From contig OZ251240.1 in the NCBI GenBank assembly GCA_965240325.2, positions 372,001 to 436,000 of the forward strand: a stretch of 64,000 nt of DNA, in the 5' to 3' direction. Position numbers and translations under genes: made by a program. This document shows positions 9,717-21,538 of this stretch, one piece after another. The DNA is from Rebecca billardiae RCC1528. Lineage: Eukaryota > Protista > Haptophyta. Numbering within the stretch: the first letter of the stretch is position 1; every line of letters starts with the position of its first letter. The notes below the pieces were generated by a model. That model did no database searches. It saw nothing but the letters and a program-made list of their open reading frames with translations, and was not told where the DNA came from.

Positions 9717-11063
9717 ATGGAGCTGCCCAGAGCAGCGGAAGGCGCGCCGGCGGCCGACATCGAGGCGGCAGCAAGCAGTGTCGACGACACGCCCACGCCC
9801 GCCCCCACGCCCACTCAGCGCGCGCTCGGCTGCCTGCGCTACGCCAAGGCGACCGCCCTCAAGCAGTGCCTGCCGATCGCGCTCCTGCTGGCAATCACCT
9901 TTGGCCTCGCGGTGCCGATCGTCGGGCAGGCGGCGGCGAGCTGGACGGTGGCCGGGCGCGGCGCGCTGCAGACTCTGTGCGTGTGGATCATCTTCACCAT
10001 CCAGGGCATCACCCTCAAGACGGACGACGTGCGCAAGGCGGTGAGCGCGTGGAAGGCGATTGGCTTTGGCGTGCTCACCATCCTCTTCATCACGCCGCTG
10101 CTCGCGCCGCTGGTGGGCCGGCTGGCGCTGCCGCTCCGGCGCGAGTTCTCCATCGGCTTCATGCTCTTCTGCTCCGTGCCCACCACCATCAACTCGGGCG
10201 TCGCGCTCGCGACGCAGGCGAAGGGCTCGTTTGCACTCGCGCTGATGCTAACGGTGCTGACCAACCTGCTCGGCGTGTTCACCGTGCCCTTCTTCCTCGG
10301 GCTGATCCTCGAGCTGGGCGACGGCGTGCGGCTCGACCCGGTCGACCTGCTCCTCAAGCTCATCGTCCTCATCCTCTGCCCGCTCACCATCGGCAAGGCC
10401 GCTCGCGAGCTGGTACCGCGCGTGGCAGCGTTCGCAAAGCAACACAAGCAGCCGCTCGGCTGGCTGAGCAACGGCTGCCTCGCGCTGATCCCGTGGATGA
10501 AGCTCTCCGAGTCCGAGGCGGAGCTCAAGGCGACGGGCGGCCCCGCCGCCGCGCTCGTCATCGCCATCGGCCTCACCATCCACGCCTGCTACCTCGTCTT
10601 CAACTACGGTGTCACCCGGTTTGCGCTGCGGCTGCCCTCGGAGGAAGTGCGCGCGGTCACCATCATGGGCTCGCAGAAGACGCTGCCCGTCGCGATGGCG
10701 ATCCTCGCGTCGCTGCCCGACTCGCTCGGCGAGCACGGGCTCATCGCCGTGCCGTGCATCGTCTCGCACCTCACGCAGATCTTCGTCGACGCGTGGATCG
10801 CCACGAAGTGGGCCTCGGTCCCGATCGTGGACGGGGCGGCGGCGGCGGGCGCGGCGGGCGCGGCCGCCGGCTTGAGCGCAGCGCAGGATCAGCCGGCGGC
10901 GGACGAAGCCGCCGGCGGCGCGGGCGGCGCGAGGGGCACGGGCAAAGCGCCCGGCGCCGCGCGCGCTGCGCCGCCGCTGCTCAACGAGTCGCCGCTCCGG
11001 AGCGACGGCGAGGCGGGGGGCCGCATGCCGCCGGCGGATTCAGGCGGAAACGAGCGCCTCTGA
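9717..11063 (+). CDS. Sodium/bile acid (metabolite) symporter, SLC10A7/BASS4-like
   Basis: IFTIQGITLKT, CSVPTTINSGVALATQAKG, TNLLGVFTVP, GSQKTLPVA, PCIVSHLTQIFVD; about 10 TM segments. Confidence 0.9.
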   Translation: MELPRAAEGAPAADIEAAASSVDDTPTPAPTPTQRALGCLRYAKATALKQCLPIALLLAITFGLAVPIVGQAAASWTVAGRGALQTLCVWIIFTIQGITLKTDDVRKAVSAWKAIGFGVLTILFITPLLAPLVGRLALPLRREFSIGFMLFCSVPTTINSGVALATQAKGSFALALMLTVLTNLLGVFTVPFFLGLILELGDGVRLDPVDLLLKLIVLILCPLTIGKAARELVPRVAAFAKQHKQPLGWLSNGCLALIPWMKLSESEAELKATGGPAAALVIAIGLTIHACYLVFNYGVTRFALRLPSEEVRAVTIMGSQKTLPVAMAILASLPDSLGEHGLIAVPCIVSHLTQIFVDAWIATKWASVPIVDGAAAAGAAGAAAGLSAAQDQPAADEAAGGAGGARGTGKAPGAARAAPPLLNESPLRSDGEAGGRMPPADSGGNERL

Positions 11064-11653
11064 AGTACTTCGCAGGCAGTCTACGGCTACTGCTACTCTG
11101 ACGGTCTGGCGGTCAGGAGCGCTTCATCAGATTTGCCCACGAGAGTAGTGACTCGGCTCAGCCGTCGATCATCGTCGGAGTCTTCAGTCTTCAAACTCGC
11201 CTGTCTCGTCTTATAGCAGCCTACTATATGCCGCGGCGGTTACCGGAATCGGATACCGGGCTATGATACCCGGCCCGGGCCGACGAATCGATGATGCGAC
11301 GATAGCTTAATCCAGATAGGAGCAACCGCTGCCTGCGAATGGCGGCAGCAACGCACCTGCGGGCGCAGAGCCAACGCCGCGGCGAAGCCCGTGCGCTGCG
11401 CGCTCGTGAGCTGTGCCTCAAGTCGCTGCGCCCGTGCCATGCGCGCCGCACGCTCGGTGCGACGGCATTCGTCGACTGCAGCCCAGGCTGCCACGCTTGC
11501 GCCACGCGCGTCGCGTGCGAAGGGCTGCGGGGGTGGCGTGCGCAGACACAGCCGAGCGGCGATCTGGAGGCGAGAGCGCACCGCCGCCGTCGCGAGCCGC
11601 CGCCCGCGCGCAGGCGCCGCCTTCGCGTGCCCGCCGCGCGCGCCGCCCACGCG

Positions 11654-12862
11654 CTAGTGGCACGCGGCCGTGAGCCATTTTTGCACATCGCGCGCGCTGA
11701 AGTTGGCGGCGTCCGCGGCCTCGAGCACAAGCCGCCGCGTGAGCGCGGCCGCGCCCTCGCCGCCGCGCGCGCGGTCGACCGCCTGGCCGACCCACATGGG
11801 CATGAGCTCGCGCCGCCCGGAGCGCGCGGCCGCGGCGCGCAGGTCCCGCGACATCGCGTCGTGCACCGGGTAGGGCGCGGGCCCCTTCTCGCCGTGCAGG
11901 GAGCTCACCTGCTGGTGGTGGGTCACTCGGCCCGCAAAGCCGCGCGCCGGCCGGCCGCTGAACGAGCTGGCGACGACGGTCTTGGTGTGCGCGTCGAGCG
12001 CGGTGGCCTGCGCGACGGCGGTGCGGTGCGCCTCGGCCGCGCTGCTCTCGTTCGTCGCGAGGTACGCCGTGCCCACCTGCACCGCCTGCGCGCCGAGCGC
12101 GATCGCGGCGGCGACGCCGCGCCCGTCGGCGATCCCGCCGGCGGCGATCACGGGCGTGGACGCGCCGCACTCGTCGACGACGGCGGGCACGAGCGCCATC
12201 GTGCCGACCATCGCGGACTCGAACGGGTGGAGGAACGTGCCGCGGTGCCCGCCCGCCTCCACCCCCTGCGCCACCACCGCGAGCACGCCCGCCTCGCACA
12301 GCACCGCCGCCTCCTCCGCAGAGGTCGCCGTGCCCACCGTCAGCACGCCGCGGCGCTCGAGCTCGGCGCACACCTCGCGCGGCGGGCAGCCGAAGGTGAA
12401 GCTCACGACGGGCGGGAGGTACTCCAGCGCGAGGAGCGCCTCCATCTGCTGCTTGAACGAGTGGCCGTACCGCGCGGGCGTGGGCGGCCGCTCGAGGCCG
12501 AGCTCGGTGCGGAAGGGCGCGAAGAAGTCGGCGCTGCGCTGCTCGTACTCGGAGGCCTCCGGCGTGCCCGGCGTGGGCGGGTCGTCGAGCACGAAGAAGT
12601 TCACGTTGTACGGCTGGCCCGCGCCGATCAGCTGGAAAAGGCTCTCGCAGACGCCGGCGATGGCCTCGGGTGCCGTGTTGGCGAGCGCGAGAGAGCCGAG
12701 GCCGCCCGCGCTGCACACGGCCGCGGCGAGCTCGGGCGAGTCGTGGCCGAGCATAGGCGCCTGGACGACGGGCAGCCGGATGGGCAGCTCGTGCAGCAGG
12801 TGCGACGTGCTGCGGCGGCGAAGGATCCGCATCGAATGCGCGCCCCGCCGCAACGACGCCAT
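11654..12862 (-). CDS. Nitronate monooxygenase / 2-nitropropane dioxygenase-like FMN TIM-barrel enzyme
   Basis: PVVQAPMLG, SAGGLGSL, YNVNFF, VSFTFGCP, QGVEAGGHRGTF, VIAAGGIADGRG, AVQVGTAYL, FSGRPARG, MWVGQ. Confidence 0.92.
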   Translation of the reverse strand: MASLRRGAHSMRILRRRSTSHLLHELPIRLPVVQAPMLGHDSPELAAAVCSAGGLGSLALANTAPEAIAGVCESLFQLIGAGQPYNVNFFVLDDPPTPGTPEASEYEQRSADFFAPFRTELGLERPPTPARYGHSFKQQMEALLALEYLPPVVSFTFGCPPREVCAELERRGVLTVGTATSAEEAAVLCEAGVLAVVAQGVEAGGHRGTFLHPFESAMVGTMALVPAVVDECGASTPVIAAGGIADGRGVAAAIALGAQAVQVGTAYLATNESSAAEAHRTAVAQATALDAHTKTVVASSFSGRPARGFAGRVTHHQQVSSLHGEKGPAPYPVHDAMSRDLRAAAARSGRRELMPMWVGQAVDRARGGEGAAALTRRLVLEAADAANFSARDVQKWLTAACH

Positions 12863-13137
12863 CGGGGCGATCGCCGCGGTGCGCGTGTGTGCGCGCGTGG
12901 CGGCAAACCTCAGCCGCAGCCGGCCGGCCAATCAGCGACGGCTGCTCGCGTGGACTACCCGCGTCCTATTGACCAGCCACAAACGCCCGTTGGGCAGGCG
13001 GCCGGGCGCAGCGCTCCGGCTCGATTCTCGGCGTGATGACAATGGCTGCGCGACGGACGCCTGTCGGAAGGCTACGGACGCTACGGTCGTCGGTGGTCCG
13101 AGTCAGGCTCGGCGCGTGCGTACGCGCCGGGCATTCT

Positions 13138-14490
13138 TCATTCGCCCATCTGGGTCAGCGGAATCTCGCCCCCGTCGTCCGCGGAGGCGGCGCTCACGCC
13201 GTCGTCGGCCGCGCTCGCGTCGCTCCCCGCGCCGTCTGGCCCGCCGCTCGGCGCGCCGTCCACCGCATCGCCCGCCGCCTCCGACGCCGCCGCGGCCGCG
13301 GCGGCGCTGCCGTCCGCCGTGCCCGCCGCGGCCGTGGCCACGCCGATCCCTTGTGCAGCGTCGGAGCCGTCACCGCTGCCGGCGTCTGCCGCGCTCGTGC
13401 CCTCCACCTGCGCGCGCGCGCTCGTGGACGTGACGATCATCTGCTCGACCTGCTGCTTGAGCGCCTCCGCCTGCTGCTTGGACTGCTCGGCCTCGTACCG
13501 CTCCTCCGCCGCGCGCGCCTTCTCCTGCTCCACCTCCACCTGCGGCCGGTGGCACGCACGCGCAGCGGCACACGCGTGCGCGTCAGCCGGCAGCGCCCTT
13601 GGCACCGCGCGCCCCGCCCGCGCCCCGCCGCGCTCTGCGCATCGGGCGCGCGCGTGCGCGCGCGCGCGCGCACGCACCTTTGAGCGCATGAGGGACGACT
13701 CGCGCTGCGAGAGGACGGACTCCTTCTGCCCGACCGCGGCCTCCTTCGCGTCGACCGACGCGGCGAGCTCGCGCAGGGCCGCCTCCTCCGCGGCGAGGGC
13801 CGCCTGCCGCTCCTCCAGCGCGCGCGTGCGCGAGGCCTCCTTCTTGCCCTGCGTGCGCTGCCTCAGGCCGTGCTCCAGCGCCTGCAGGGAGAGCTCGCGC
13901 CGCTCCAGCGCGGTCTGGGAGCAGGGGCGCGCGCGCGCGGCGGGCGGCGGGCGCAGTGAGCCGACGAGCGCACGCGCGCGCGCGGCGTGCGGCGCTGCCG
14001 CCGCGCGCGCGCTGTGCGCCGCGCCCGCCGCCGCCGCCCGCCCACGTGCGTGCGTGCGTGCGCGCGCGCGCGTACCATCGCCTGCTTGTACGAAGCCTCG
14101 CGCTGTCGCACCGACGCGAGCAGCCGCTCGCACATCGCCTCCGCGGCGCGCTGCTCCCTCTCCAGCGCCTCCTCGCGCTCACCCAGCTCGCGCGCCCTCG
14201 CCTTGAGGGCAGCCTCCAGCGCCTCCTGCCTGCTCGGGGCGCCGCGCGGACGCACGTTGGGGCGCGCGCGCGCGGAGGCGGCAAGCTGGCTGCGGGCGTG
14301 AGTGGATGCGGGCGGTGGTTGGCTCGGCGGCGGGGCGGGGCGGCGCGGCGCGGAGGGCGGGGGAGCGTGCGCGCACCTCGCGACGAGCGCGGCCATCCGG
14401 CGCTCCGCGTCCTCCGCCGCGGCCGAGGCGGCCTCCACCCGCCGACCCGTCTCGTCCGCGACCGCCGCGCCCGCGCCCTCCGCCGCCGCT

Positions 14491-14527
<37 letters not shown>

Positions 14528-16388
14528 GCTGCGCCGCGCGCGCGTCGGCGGCGGCGGCGAGGGCGCTCTCGGCGACGGCGCGCGCCACCGCCACCTCCTC
14601 CGCCTCCTCCGCGCCGCCGTCCGCCTCGGCATCGGGCTCGGCCTCCCAGCTGTCCACCTCGATGGCGGCGCCGCTGCCGTCGTCCGCCGCGCCCTCGTCG
14701 AGCACGACGTGCGCAGCGCCGCCCGTCGCGCCGCCGCCGACGGGCGCGGGCGGCGCGTGCGGCGGCGTGGGCGGCGCCGAGCGCGCGGGCGGCGGCGGGT
14801 GCGGCGGCGTCGCGTAGCGCAGAGGGCTGATGGCGGCGGGCGGCGGCGGGGCGGGCTCGTCGAGCTCGCCGACGCCGCCCACGGGCGCGACGCGCGGCTG
14901 CGGCTGCACCTCCGCCGCCAGCCCCTCGCCGCGCATGATCCGCACCTCGCGCGCCGTGCGGTCCGCAAAGCGCGCGCCGTGGCTCTCCAGGATGTGCGCC
15001 AGCGAGAAGTAGATCCCCTGCTGGATGCGCAGGAAGTCCTCGAGGAAGATCGACTTGGTGTGGCACGAGATCCAGAGGTCGAGGGAGAAGTCGGAGACGG
15101 AGCGGAGGAACACGAAGCGGTGCTGCTTCGGGTCGAGCTCGGGGTTGGAGAGCAGCGCCTCCCGCACCTCCGCCACGATGCGCGGCGCGAGCCGCATGTC
15201 CGAGATGCGCAGCTTGGGCTGCAGCAGGATGCGCCGGTTGGACATGCGCGACGCGTTGATCAGGTCCATCGTGGCGAGCTTCGAGTTGGGCAGGTGCAGC
15301 GGGCGCTTGTCCCACGTGTTGAGCACCGTGTAGTACCACCCGATCTTCTCGACCCACCCGTCGATCTCCTTCCGCCCGTCCGAGCCCTCGGTGACGCTCT
15401 GGATCCAGTCGCCCTTGGTGAAGGGCTGTGTGGCAAAGATCACGGCCGCGCCCATCAGGTTGCTCAGGATGTCGCGGCCGATGAAGCCGATGAGCACGGA
15501 GGAGACGCCGCCGACGGTGAGCAGCGCCTTGTAGTTCACCCCCGCCGTGTCCAGGATCGCCAGCGCCGTACACACCCACACGCCCACGGAGAGCGTCTGC
15601 ACGATCGTGTTGAGCCGTGCCTCAGTCACAGACGCCTGGCGGTCGAGCACGCGCGGACGCGGGCCGTCGCGCGACGGGCTGCCGCCCATGATGGCCTGGC
15701 CGAGCTTCGCCTGCTCCTCGGAGACGATGCGCGAGCGCAGCACGTCGAGGAAGTGCAGCGCGATCGCCGCGAGCGAGAGCTCGAGCAGCACGTCGCACAG
15801 CAGCCGCACGAGCTGCGCGCGCGCGCCCCAGCCGCGCCGCCGCAGCGCCGCCGCGGCCGAGTCGAGTAGCGACGCGCCGATCACGGCGACGGTGAGGCTC
15901 GAGAGCGGGAGGAAGGGGATGGTGGTCTTGGGCGGCGCGAACGGCCGCGTCACGCCCGTCGGCCCCTTCTCGCGCCGCAGGTGGTCGTCCTCCTCGCGCT
16001 GCGCCGGCGAGGCGGTCGCCTCCTCCTCCAGCCTCGTCACCTGCTTCACGATGAACACGGCGTCGCGGACAAAGCGCACGACGACCTGGAAGAGGGCGAG
16101 CGTGGCGAAGACGAGGATGATCTCCGCGATGAACGTGGGCAGCCCGCCGTGCTGCGCGCCCACGAGCCCCGTCGCGCTGAGCGCGTTCCACAGCCGCTGC
16201 GCGAGCGTCGGTCTCGGCGCCGAGAGCAGCGGCTGCCTGCTCTCGGTGGAGACGGTCTGCGCCGCGCGGCCGGCGAAGCCGAGCAGGCCCATCAGGCCCA
16301 TCCGAGCGGGCGCGCGCCGCCGGCCGAGCCGCGCCGCCGCGCGCGCCAGCGGCGCCGCCGCGCGCAGCGCCGGCGCGCGAGGGCGCAT
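13138..16388 (-). CDS. MscS-family mechanosensitive channel with long coiled-coil C-terminus; 4 exons (introns ~14376-14230, 14075-13915, 13677-13540)
   Basis: LLTVGGVSSVLIGFIGRDILSNLMG, QPFTKGDWI, GWVEKIGWYYT, LPNSKL, INASRM. GT-AG splicing joins in-frame EEALEREQ/ALEERQ coiled-coil exons. N-terminus resembles an organelle transit peptide. Confidence 0.85.
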
Positions 16389-16505
16389 GCTGGCCGTGTT
16401 TTGGGTGCCAAACGCGATGATCGCCGGCCGAGTTGAGAGTGTTCCACCCCCTTGCTCATGAAGACTGTCTTCCGCAATCTTCAGATCCGGCCGGCGAGAC
16501 TGGTA

Positions 16506-17510
16506 CAGGTGGATACGGGTGATCTTGGACAGTGGCCGACCCAACTCACGCGGAGGCCTCCCTGGGAGCATTGGGGTCGAAGGGGCGCCAGGGACGGACT
16601 TCAGGGGTCCCTGGAGTTCCGCCACAGCGCGCTTTCTGCGCTGCGGGCCCGTCTCCGCGCGTGGCGGCCGCAATAAGCACCTGCCGCTTTTTGGCCCCTG
16701 TTGGAGCCTAAGTTTGGCGGCTTGGCGAGCGGCGGCGGGGGGCGGGCGCGCGCCACGAGCGGGTTGGAGGCGTCGCCGGGGTCGAGTAGCCCCGCCCCCC
16801 GCCCCGCGCTAGCCCCGCGCGCACTCCCCTCGCGCGTGAGCGTCGCCGGCGCGAGGGCGGTGTGCACCTTGTGGCGAGCCGACCGAAGGGACGACCAGTC
16901 GCCATCTCCAAACAACTACCAGTTCAGACGCGTGCGCTTTTTTAATCCGGCCTTTTTTCTCGAGCGGGAGACTCGCGTCCGCGAACGGCTGCCGGGTTGC
17001 CAGCGCAGCGCAGCGGCACGACTGGTCGTCCCTTCGCTCGGCTCGCGGTTCCGCTGGGGAGAAAAGCAAAGCGGCAGGTGCTTATGGCACTGGCCAATTA
17101 GCCCCTGGCACTGGCTGAGGCATGGGAATCGAGCTCAGAGACGCGCGCGCGGAGGAAAAGCGTGTGCAGCGGCTCGGACGGTTGCTCTGGGACCTACCCA
17201 CGCCAGCGCAACCGCGCCTTGCCTCGGAGTCCGCCCTTCCTGAGTCCGCGCACGCGCCTTGCGGCTTGAAACGCTGGCGTTCGCCCTTGTGCGCGGGACT
17301 CACGAAACAAGGCGAAGGCGGCGAGAAGCGCGACCTGGCGCGTGCGCAGACGACGTCTCACGACCAGGTGAGTTCAGCGAACATCGTGCGCCGTCGTGGC
17401 GACCCGCCAGTGGGCGCTCGTGCTCGTTCGCCCACGAGCCCTCGCCACGAGGCCCGCCGCCCGCTGAGTGTCCAGATAGCCCCTGTGTCCAGTTAGCCCG
17501 TATCCACCTG
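16506..17510. mobile_element. Non-autonomous Tc1/mariner-type TIR element (MITE, ~1.0 kb)
   Basis: TIRs CAGGTGGATACGGGTGATCTTGGACA and the reverse complement CAGGTGGATACGGGCTAACTGGACA; TA on both sides (16504-16505, 17511-17512). No transposase ORF. Confidence 0.8.
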
Positions 17511-17570
17511 TAGATCGGCCATGCGTCGCTCGGCGCGCGGGCACCGCGCGGGGGCAAACAGCGCAAAACG

Positions 17571-18650
17571 ATGGTCGAGCGTCGGCGTAGCGAGCGCGCG
17601 CCGCCGCTCGCGCCGCTGCCGCACCGGATGTCGCAGCTCTTCTTCCCGGCGGAGGGCGAGACGCCCGCGCTGCATGACCCCGCGCTGCACCTCACGCTGC
17701 GCCCCCTCGGCACCTCGCCCCCCATCTACGCCATCGATGGCTTCCTCTCCGCGCGCGAGCTCGAGCACCTCAACGTGCTCATCGGGCCGTCGGCGAGCGG
17801 CTTCCGCGCGTCGCACGTGGACGACGCGCGCGGCTCGTTCGTCGACGTCGAGGAGCGCACCTCCGTCACGCTGCAGCTCACCAAGGCCGCCGACCCCATC
17901 CTGCGCGCGATCGAGCGGCGCGCGGCCGAGCTGCTCGGCATGTCGCCCGACCACACCGAGCCGCTGCAGCTCGTGGCGTACTCGCACGGCGCGCGCTTCG
18001 GGCTGCACCACGACATGGGCACGCTTGTGTGCGCCGATGACGCCCTCGGCGGCGGCGCCGCCGACGCGCTGGCCGCGGCGTGCGCGCCCGCGTGCGACGA
18101 GCCGCGCACGCCGACGGTGGTGGACGTGGACGTGGTGCCGCCGCGGCGGCTGGCGACGCTGTTCGTGTACCTCAACACCACGCGCGAGGGCGTGGGGCAC
18201 ACCGAGTTCCCCCTCTCCGAGCCGCCGCTCTCCGTGCGGCCGCGCGCGGGCAGCGCCCTCCTGTGGTCCAACGTGGCGCGCGGCGGCGAGCCTGAGCTGA
18301 GGGCGGCGCACCGCGCGGCGGCGGTGCCGCACCCGCACTGCAAGCTGGGGCTGAACGTGTGGGTGACGGACACGAGCCTCGCCGCGCTGGCGGGCAGGCA
18401 CGCGCCGGCGGTCGTGCGCCGCCTCCGCCAGCAGGGCGCTCCCGGCCACGCGGCGCGCGGCCTGCTGCGCGCCGCGAGCGCCGCCGAGTGCGCGTGCGCG
18501 CGCTGCGGCGGCGAGGGCTCGGCCGAGCGGATGCTGATCTGCGACGGCGCGCGGTGCGGCGCCGGGTGGCACACCTTCTGCCTGCAGCCGCCCCTCCAGC
18601 GCGTGCCCGAGGGCACGTGGCTCTGCCCGGCGTGCGCGCCGCCGAAGGCC

Positions 18651-18687
<37 letters not shown>

Positions 18688-19925
18688 GCGCGCTCGCGGC
18701 GCCGCGCCGCGCCAAGGGCGGGGCGCCCGCCGCCAAGCCCGAGAAGAGCGCGCGCCCGCCGGCCGAGCCGCGCCCGCCGGCCAAGCCGCGCCCGCCGGCC
18801 GAGCCGGCGCCCGAGTGCGCGGAGCACTACGTCAACTGCCGCGTGCGCAAGCCGTCGGGCGCGAAGGGCAGCATCGACGGGCACATTGTGCGCGTGCTGC
18901 CGGCGGCGCCCGCGCTCGCGGCCGCGGGCGGCGCGGGCGCGGCCGCCGCGCTGCTGCCCGCCCGGCTGCTGCTCGCGCTGGCCAGCGGGGAGCACCTCAC
19001 GATCGGGGTGGACGCAGTGCGCCCGCTGCTGCTGCCGCGCGCCGCGGCGCCCGCGCCCGGCCCGCGCACCGCGAGCGCCGCGCACACGCCCGTGCCCGGC
19101 GCCGCGCCGCCACCGGCCGCGTGCGCGCGCGCCGCGCGCGTGCGCCCCTCGCTGCTGCTCGGGCGCACGCTGGTGCGCGCCTTCGCGCCGCACGGGGACT
19201 TCCTTGGGCAGGTGTCGGGGTACGACGACGCGACGGGGTGGTTCCGCGTGCAGTACGACGCGGACGGCGACGAGGAGGACCTGCCGCTGCCCGTGCTTGA
19301 GCGCGCGCTCGGCGGGCAGCTCCGCTCAGCGGGTGCGGCCGCCCGGCTCGTCAGCCGGCGCGTGCGCAAGGCGTTCCCCGGCTACGGCGTGTTCGACGGC
19401 GTCGTGCTGGCGCACTTGGCCGAGCTGGGCGCGTTCCGCGTGCGGTACGAGGACGGGGACGACGAGGACGTGCGGATGGCCGAGCTGCGCCGGATTCTGC
19501 TGCCTCTCCGCGCGGAGGCTGGCGGCGGTGACGGCGGCGGTTCTCGCGCGCCGGGAGCTGAGCCTGACCCGGCCCGGGTCGGGCAGGGCGGCGGCGGCGG
19601 CGGCGCGGCGGCGAGCGCGGTCGTCGCCGGTGCCGCCGCGGGCAAGCGGCGGGGCGTGGGCGACGCCGGCGCGCCGAGGCAGCCCGCACGCCGCCGTGTG
19701 TCCGGCGGCGGCGCCTCCGCAGCGCCCTCGGAGCGAGAGGCCTCCTGGTGGGACCCGAGCCGGCCGGGTGGCTCTGCGGCGGGGGCGGACGCACTGCTGG
19801 CAGCACAGCCTGCGGACTCACAGCCTGGGGAGGGCGAGGGCGACGCTGGGTCCGGCGACGCCTCGGGCTCGGAGTCGGGTGCGAGCGAGGCCGAGGCGTC
19901 GCGGGCGGCCTCTGGGGCCTCGTGA
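17571..19925 (+). CDS. Prolyl-4-hydroxylase-type 2OG-Fe(II) oxygenase fused to a PHD finger and two Tudor-like domains
   Basis: EPLQLVAY, HHD, RRLATLFVYLN, GHTEFP, VRPRAGSALLWSN, AAH...KLGLNVW. PHD CARC...LICDGARCGAGWHTFCLQPPL..VPEGTWLCPAC. Two copies of (G/S)RxxxxxFxxxGxFxGxV...FRVxYxDGDxED. Confidence 0.85.
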
Positions 19926-20354
19926 CCATTCGAGCTTGCGCGGCAGCCTGGCCCCGGCCTGCATGGCGTCCCGGACGACGGTCCAAACCGTCAGAGAGTG
20001 ATGTGACTGACTGTGAACGGGCGGAGTCGGACGCCGGACGCGGGACGCCGGACACTGTCTCATGTCTGCGAGTGTGGCTGTGTGCTGACAAATAATGAGA
20101 TTCTGACCGAGCAGCGCAGCATTCTCGAGATTCGATCCATCATCGATGATCGATCTACTGCTGTGCTTTCAAATAGACAATCGTCAATCTCAGTCACCCG
20201 TGCTCTCAGAGGCAAGTCCCAATGTCTCATAATATTATCGCGTCATGCCGTGTGCCGACTGTGCGGCGCGAGCCCGGCCCCGCCAGCGCGCTGCCGGTGA
20301 AGTCACTCGCGTTCCGGCGGCCCCTGGTGCGTGGCGCTGAAGAGCTCAAAGACC

Positions 20355-20855
20355 TCAGCCAGCGAACGTCGCCCCATTCCAACCCACGTTCTCGCGCGGG
20401 ACGTCGAAGAAGTTGACGTAGATCCGGTCCTTGGGCACACCAAGCGGCTCGAGCAGCGCGGACAGCTGCGCCATCAGCTTGCCGTTGCTCTCCTTGCCGA
20501 TCGAGCCGATAGAGTAGAGCACGCCGAGCGCACACGGGGTGGGCTCGCCGCCCCAGATCAGGTCGAGCTTGTCGTTCACGCAAACGGCGACGTACGACTC
20601 CGGCTTCCCCGTCGCGGCGACGATCGCCTTGGAGCACTGCTGCATGAAGGCGACCTTCTCCGAGCCGAGGTCGATGTTGGTCGAGAGGATGAGCGAGGGG
20701 TCGCCGGGGAGAGTGCACGGGTCGACGGCGGGGGCGGGCGGGGTGGGCGCGGAGCTCATGATCGGGGTCGAGCGCATGGCCGAGGAGCCGACGCGGGAGG
20801 GCTGCATGGCGACGGCGGACGCGACGGCCGCAAGCGCGAGCACTCCGAATGACAT
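20355..20855 (-). CDS. MIF / tautomerase family protein with N-terminal targeting peptide
   Basis: PSLILSTNI, TGKPESYVAV, SIGSIG, RIYVNFFDV..ENVGWNGATF. Signal plus transit-like leader. Confidence 0.9.
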   Translation of the reverse strand: MSFGVLALAAVASAVAMQPSRVGSSAMRSTPIMSSAPTPPAPAVDPCTLPGDPSLILSTNIDLGSEKVAFMQQCSKAIVAATGKPESYVAVCVNDKLDLIWGGEPTPCALGVLYSIGSIGKESNGKLMAQLSALLEPLGVPKDRIYVNFFDVPRENVGWNGATFAG

Positions 20856-21538
20856 CGGTGATCGTCGGCCAGCCGCTCGTCTCTCGATCTACCAAAAATC
20901 TCGAACACATCTCGAACATTCGGCCCGAAATTACGACGCGGCGAAAAGCCCACTCGCACTCGCACTCTGGTTCGAGTGATCAGGTTCGACCGGCCACCGG
21001 GCGGGCCCAGGACGGCCGGGCCGGGACGCCCGGGATGGCAGTGCGGCCGATGGCGTTCAGACTTCATCTGATGATGTCTTATACTAGCATCGTCACCATC
21101 GGTCGGTTCCGATCTTATATATTTATATATATATACACCACTCGCAGCCCCGCCGCCATTAGAAGCCGTCGACATCGGCGTGGCGCCTGGCGGGTCCGCG
21201 CCCGGCCATTATGATTATTGGTCTAGGACCACCGGCACCTGCATCCCATTCCCGTTCCCGGCGTAGCTTCAGCGATGCCAGGGCGTACCTCGGCGTAGCG
21301 CCGCCACGGATAATCGGCGTCGGACTTCAGCAGCCGTCCGCACAGCGCAGTGCTGTCCCTGCTGATCAGACAGCGATGAGTTGCACCAGCCCGCAGTTGG
21401 ACAGCTTCAGGCTCAGACGTGCACGGCGTTCCCACCGCCATGGTGTGCCCTGATTGCCGCGTGGCGACACGGCTGCGGCTCGATCGAGCTGGCGCCGGCG
21501 CTGGCGACGACGCCAGCACACCATACGCGCACATGCGC

